From the human T2T-CHM13v2.0 reference genome, Homo sapiens: a stretch of 64,000 nt of DNA. The stretch's first letter is position 1, and every line of letters starts with the position of its first letter. The DNA lies in the NCBI RefSeq assembly GCF_009914755.1, contig NC_060937.1, one strand, 5' to 3'. The notes beneath the pieces are model-generated. The model saw nothing but the letters and a program-made list of their open reading frames with translations. It searched no databases and was not told the origin of the DNA. The position numbers and the translations under genes are program-made. Shown piece by piece: positions 55,930 through 64,000 of the stretch.

Positions 55930-58900
55930 ACTATTTACTATCAGTTATTTTGCCAGGTGTTTTCAATGCACGGTATCTGTGATGTGAGTGATATTATTCT
56001 AATTTATGAATATGAAAACCGAGACTCAGAGAATGTAAGCAATATGGACAAAGTCCCACAGCAAAATGTAACAGAGACAGGGTGGGCTTTTAGGTCATTT
56101 TACCCTACACCCCGCCACCCCACATCAAACTGTGTTTTATTCTATACCAGTTATGCAGAGGTAAATATTAACTCATGATACTGTAAGTGTAGAATTGTTT
56201 GTGGCTTGCAAGAAATATCTTTTCTGGGGTTAAGCTTTGGGGATTCAAACATGTTCTATGCTGCTCTCCATAGCTCAAAGAAAATGCGGCTGTTTTCAAA
56301 GAAGCTCAAAGAAGGCACTTCGGCAACTGTTATGTGCGTTTTGCTTTAGAGTGAAAGATTTTAAAGATGGCAAAGGCTCACAATGTTTGTGATCTTATTA
56401 ACACAAGCTTGAAACCCTGCAAATTGGTGACATGAGTAACACTAATCTTAATTAGGAAGGAGCCAGAATTATATCTGGAAAAAACAATCGCCTATCACTA
56501 GAAGTAACCGCCGCCTCCAATTAAGAAGCTTATTTTTCTGGTCCCGGTCTTAAGACCTTCTTTCTCTCTGTGGCTTACTATTCCCCATAGAAACAACTAT
56601 TTAACTATTAAATTATACAGAAGTGACACTAACTTGTATATGTTTTAATTGTACTTGCTAAACATTTTTAGTAGTTATTCCACCCATTTAAGATTTTTAG
56701 CATATTTCCCTTACATAAATATTCATTTATATACACATGAACTGTTATATAATGTGTACATTATACAACACACACAGAGCACAAGTGATTGCAAAGGTTA
56801 GGATAAAATTATAACTGCAAGTAGAATTTATTATTTTCTTGTCATACTTTAACAGATTATCTTGTGCATGTCCTGTGTGTGTTCGCCCCGCTTAGGAGAA
56901 GCCCGACTGAAGTTAAACAGCGATTGTCAACTTCTTTAGCACTGAAATAAATTATGTAAATTGTCAAATTGTGTGGCACAGACATTTAAAACTGAGCACT
57001 TGCTTGAATTATGTAAGCAAATTTTAATGAACTTTATATAACTGACTAGGCAAGACCCGAATATTAACATAAGGGCAAGAACCTGGTCTGTCTTTAGGCA
57101 GCAGTGAACTCTCCGCAGGAGGGGCCTAGCCTCTGGCATGACTCAGCCATTAGTGCCTGAATGAATGAATGAATGAATGAAAGAATGCCTCTAAACACAA
57201 GCTCAGGGTGAATCCAAATGGCCTTGGTCTTAGCAACACATTCCTGTTCTATTTAGTGGGATTTATTTACTTGATCAAGGTTTTGCCATTATTATTATCA
57301 GTTTAATCTACAAACTAAACTAATGGCATCCATTTTCTCCGATACATTTTTTTAAGGCAAGCAATAGAAATTGGGCTAATAAGTACAATTTTGTATAAGC
57401 TGTAATGATGCTGAATTTTATTAGCAGTGACAGTAGTGAAAGCTACTATTTCTTTGTTCTGGTTGGCATAGCATCAGTTTCTAGAGCCAAAGAAAGATTT
57501 AGATATGTAAATGCTCATACTAAATTTATTGGCATCTTGTGAAAGTGTTGTTACATATAAATATTTATAGTTGTTAAATATATATGTATACATACACACA
57601 CATATATATAAGAAAGTCAGAGCATCTGTTGAATTCAATCAAAACAGTGTTAATAACTCATTTTTTTTTGCAGTCATAAATGTTCCACCAACTTTTGTGG
57701 ACAGCAGAAAAAGGAAACATTTTTCTTCCTAACTTTTGCCATGTTTCTGTATTTCCTCAGTAAATACTGAGATTCAGCAGAATGTATTATTTTGACATTT
57801 TAGATCATGTTATTGTCTAAAAGCTGAGAAAACATATGTCTTTAAATGGGAAGATTCAGAACATAAAAATAGATTTCACTCATGAACAATGGTTCCATAA
57901 TTCAAATGAAGATACACAGTTAAGTTGAAAGGCAAGACTTTAGAATTCCTCCCTAAAACATTTTCAAGGACAGCTTCTCGTTGGGTGCTCCCTGTGTTCC
58001 ATTGACTTGCTGCGGTCTAACCCCTGTGAAGTTAGTATAATACAGTGCATTTTCTGTTCTCTAAGTGTGTTGTGTGTATCTTAGAGAAAAATGAGCATCC
58101 TCCTACTTATAGAGTTAAGAATATAAGTACACACTCTGCAAGTCTTTGAACCCATCCCTGCAAATGTGCTTAGGGCACAAAACTCTAGGAAAGAAGACTT
58201 TTCTCTGCTACTTTGGCAGAAACAGAGGGCCTATCTTAGCCCATGTCTTCTTTATCCTGAGCTAAACATACCATCAGAAATATGTTTTTAGTATACAATA
58301 ATGGATTATGAATAATCATAACATTATTGTTTAATTGATTAATTAATTAATTATTGATTATCAGTTGATTATTGATTAATGAATAATATTATTCATTATT
58401 ATTGAAAACTATAATCAATGGAATTAACAATCCTTAATAATAAAATTGGTGGTAACATTGGAAGGTGCAGCTTTGGAGCAGACAGTTGATCATTATATAT
58501 TTGGAATTAAATGGCAGCACCCAGTTTTATGCTCAGAGTAAAGCCTGGCAAAAAATGTAGAATAATACTGAAATATGCAAAAATCAAATTAATAAAGCAC
58601 ATATATCATGATGCAAAACATGTAATAAAATCTGGTCATTTAATTTTAATAATTTTCTGTCTTGAGAATGCATGTTTACATTCATCAATAAGATATGTCA
58701 TTGTATATACAAATGATACCTCCATTTTTGAATTATGTATATAATATAAATATAATACAAATTATATATAATATAAATATAATACAAATTACATATATTT
58801 ATATTTTCAGCCCCAAATTGGCAATTGGTAAAAAAGGTAAAAAATTGGTTAACTGGTTAAAAAAGCTAATAAATTTTATGTCCGTAGCAATGTCTTAAAA

Positions 58901-59305
58901 TTTAAAACTAACCATTTACTTTCCTAGCATGTGTTTTGCCGTGCTGACTGCCATGGATCCTGAAATAAGCACCTTAACAAATTATTTTCATTCAATTGCA
59001 AATATATCAAGGCTCAAAGATAATTTTAAATCAATAACAATGATAAAGATTTATGGCTTAGTACTGATTGTGATACAAATTGCACTTTTTAATACACAAA
59101 TCTCACACTGAACTTTGGTTTAAAAATTAGAAAAGAAATTAGTTATTAGATTATTCTTAGGTAAATGAGAGTCTCCACAGCTAATAATTTGATATTTTTA
59201 ATGATTCCTCACTGAAAAACAACAATAACAACAGAAAGAACAAATGGAAATAAAACAAAGCAAGCACATCAATTTCATACCTAAGTGGGAATATTCAGGT
59301 AACAT

Positions 59306-59896
<591 letters not shown>

Positions 59897-62800
59897 TCAG
59901 GTGACATTTAAACTTAAATTTCAACCAACGAAATGGTGGGGGATGGGGATGGGGATGGGGTGGGACCCAGACAATCAACAGTGTGTATGGAATAGATCTT
60001 TAAATGCTCACTCTGAAAGCTCAAATAACAAAGTAAACTTAGCAATCAACCTGCTCTTTCCATAGAGATACTGAACACACAAACCAAAGGAGCATCACAT
60101 CCCCTGAATTCTGATTGCCATACTCTCGCCATATGCACACACACGCACGCACACACACACGCATGCGCACAGACGCACTTTCCATACATTAGGTCAGATG
60201 TCGTTAGCTTATCAAGGAATGAAACACCTTCTGCTTGTTTCCCTTACATTGGAACTGGACCTGAGCTATTCCTTACACATTAAAACAAACAAAAACTTTC
60301 TACTTGCCACACACGTGGACGTTTCTAACTTTTTTTTAGAACTATGGCTTCAATAGTCTTTACAGAATTTAGTCCCCTGCATAAAGGTCGTTTTCTTAAG
60401 AGTCAGTGAGCTGGAAGGAAAACTATTGACCTTGGTATGTTCCTGGGGTTTAAACACACACCACTACCTAAACAGCAGAGCCTCCAGAGAGCAGGCTGCA
60501 TTGGATGAAGACCTTGGACAAGGCAGACAGAAAGGGAAGCCAATTGTATGTTATGGAAAGAGGCGGTCAGAAAACCCCGGCAAAAATACGGTTTTATTTT
60601 ATTCCTTAGAATTTAAGATACTCACTATTATTTAAAATCAGGTCAAGCCAGAAAATATCTTTTACATTTTTCAGCGTAAGCACAAAATAACGTTAACTAT
60701 ACATTTATTAGAATGTGTAAATGCTTAGATGGAAATTGTTTCTTTTACAATGAAAAATTATCCAATAATCTGTTTCTTTCACATGGTATAAATGTAAAAG
60801 TTCATTTGAAACAGATTCTTATTCACTGTGGAACAAAATGAGTACATGACAAAACATAAAATCCTGTTGCTCGAATTTCATAGACTATAATGTAAAACAT
60901 ACTTAGCATCGGGTTTCTGACTTTTTATAACCACTATCAACGCACAGCAATATAAATGATCATAGTGAATTTGAAACGGTGATTTCAAATCTCACCAATG
61001 CAACATATTTACAAAAGCAGAAGATAACTACTGATGCTGGCATAGCACTCACTGCATGCCAGCAACTAGATAAAGGTCTTACATGTAGTAACTCATTTAA
61101 TTCTTACACAAACCTCTGAGGTAGACAGTAATATTTTTCCTCTATTCCATGGGTTTGAAAATACGAGGCCCAGAAAGTTTAAGTCCCTGACTGAAGTGAA
61201 GCCAGAGTTCATCTCCCAGAACTGATGCGCCCAGACATTGGGCCACATGACTTCTATAATGACTGCTAGATATTTGTATTAACAAAAGTATGCACTTCAT
61301 TTGTTGCTATACATATTGTATCCAGACATTCTTGCACTATCTTATTTCAAGAGATTTCTTTTGACAAAACAGAAGAAAAGTATAGACTGAGCAATTCGGC
61401 ACACCATCAGAATAGCACAGAAAATTCTTCTGCAATCCTTAGCCTAATGCAAGCATTACCGAAGCTTCTAAAACCTGCCATTCTGTTTGTGCATCATGCA
61501 CCATTTCATGATACCCGCATTTCGGCTGCCTTGATTTCTCTTTTGAAATGAAATAAAGTTAAGGCAGTTTTTTACCTATGAGATTCTTCCTTAGAATAAC
61601 CCTCGATACTTCCAGAGAGCCCTCTGTGTCTAGCATTGAGTGTGCCTATATCTGCACTAGTAGTAAGTTTGATTACTCCAAGCTGCCACAAATGTTTAAG
61701 ACACAAAGTGTGCACAACTCCTTCTTTAAAAAATGTGTGGTAAACACCAGGTCTATAGAAGGGCTTTTAAAGCATCCAAACAGTGATTAAGAATGAACTT
61801 GAACTTTCTGATCAAATATTCTTGATAACTGCATAAGGTTAAAAGTTTAGCAAACTGCTTTTCTGAAATATCTTTGTCGCACAAGTCAAGATCGTGTAAT
61901 ACTGGTGATTTTTATGCCTTGATAGACAAGAAAGTACTTGTGGTTAAAGCAGTCAACATCCCTCCCCCATTCATGCCAGTTTTACATGGTGAGATTGACA
62001 ATGAAGTGGAAAAGAACATACCTGAAGAGGTAAGAGTCCTTCAAGTGAGAAAGCCTTCAGCATTTATTATTTGTGATGTGCTGGAGAAGAGAATGTATTT
62101 GCACTTAGCTTATTTATTTGAGCTTCAGTTAGTAACCGAATCTCATAGGATTTTAGGAAGTATGAAGTAACTATATACATATCAGAAAAAGTAAAATATA
62201 ATCAAGTCTAACAAGACTTTGCTAATAATAAAGTCGGCAAAGAGCAATATTTCAAAATATGAGCTCTTCATATGTAACATATAAGGAACCAATGAAATCG
62301 CTATTTAATTAACTTATTCATTCCACCAACACTTACTAAATATGTTATGTAAAGAGCATACACCAGATATATTGCAAGGAGTGGTGCCATTATTGATCAT
62401 TTATATTCATTGGTTAATTTTGATTAACAATTGTATCAATGGAGGTTAATCTCAAAGAAGGTTAATGGCAGCTACCATCTCTTATAGGCTATTTGGAAAA
62501 ATATACAATGAAAGGTAATGAAGCAGCATGGAATTATGACCCTAGTTCCTGTCATTCTACTGACATAGTCATCTTATTGCCAAATTGACAGTCTAATTCA
62601 GTGAAATCAGGCCATGAAACATCTTTTGAATAATGTTAGACAATCCTGCATATCAAAGAAGTAGAGGGTGGAAAGAACTCAGTTATAGGAAAGTAGTGAA
62701 ATTGGAAAAACAAGCAAGAAAAGGTAATCCCATTATCAAAGAGAAAAGGCACCTAGAAGTTCAATGTAAACCTCTGCCTGCAGGGTCGGGAGGGGTGAAT

Positions 62801-62919
62801 CAATGACATCAACCACTCACAATGCTCCGTTGTCACATGTATCTCAAACATATGCCAAGAAATAATTCAGTCCCTTTGCATTATTGATATTATTATTCGA
62901 AACAACATCAAACCCATAG

Positions 62920-63238
<319 letters not shown>

Positions 63239-64000
63239 GTGCTGGTACCTCTTGATTGATGATGCTTCTGCTTGTCTGCATGAAAAACCCTCCATTTCAA
63301 TCATTATGGTTCTCTTCGTAAAACCGATTATCCTCTGTGGTTTAAGCCAACCAGCTTCTTAGAAGCTATGTCGTCTGAATGTTTTATGGTATTTACTAAT
63401 ATTGTTGTGCTTATAGCTTCCAGCGTAATAATACTTGAACTAGCAGTATCTCAGATAAAATATAAACCACATTTTAGACACACACACTCAAATATTTTGA
63501 AGTAATAATACATTTAGGTGAGCATATTCATTTTGGATTTCATTTAAAAAATTTTAATGAGGAAATCTATTATGAGAAATACATGTTCATCTACAATCAA
63601 TACCAATCATGATGATGGGACTACGTGGGGCTGGAGAAAGGCACTTTTGGGCAGGCATTCTCTCTCTGAGCATAAGGAAGTTTCATTATGTCAGTCTTGT
63701 GATAAAGAGAGTGTCAGGATCATTTCTCATGCTGGGGGACGTGCAACACCTGCAGCATAATTAGGTACTCAAAATCTGTTTGTATTTTAAAAGTGCTTTA
63801 TATAACTGTTATTATGCATCAGGGGACGCCTTCGGCTCAGCTGCTAACCTTTTCATAGCTGAGTTCAAGAGAGCAGGGTAAGGAGTCCACAGGAGATTCA
63901 AAGTGGGTGAGGAATTTGGAGGAAGGCTGGTTTATCGAGAGAAAGCAGCACCCCACACCCATGAACATTTATATTTTTATCCCTGGTGTTAAATCAATTC

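Noticed and set aside
58300-58800. AT-rich palindromic and tandem patches
   Set aside because: Low complexity; such symmetry is expected by chance or slippage.

Overview
Primate (most likely human) genomic DNA, AT-rich and rich in Alu, L1 and MaLR repeats. It holds the 3' part of NALF1 (FAM155A, NALCN channel auxiliary factor 1) on the minus strand: a 172-nt internal coding exon (45078-44907), a ~39.8-kb intron, the last coding exon (5095-4806) and 3'UTR running toward the window start. Everything above 45078 is the upstream intron. The other track ORFs are repeat-derived or chance ORFs. I found no evidence of a new gene system. The most notable unexplained structures are: three separate ~160-190-bp local duplications of different ages (one a clear templated insertion into an L1); two strong CTCF motifs bracketing the internal exon; a sense-oriented LTR22-like solo LTR; two tandem repeats; a close inverted AluY pair; and a CpG-retaining hairpin. 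Repeat subfamily calls come from remembered consensus sequences and are approximate.
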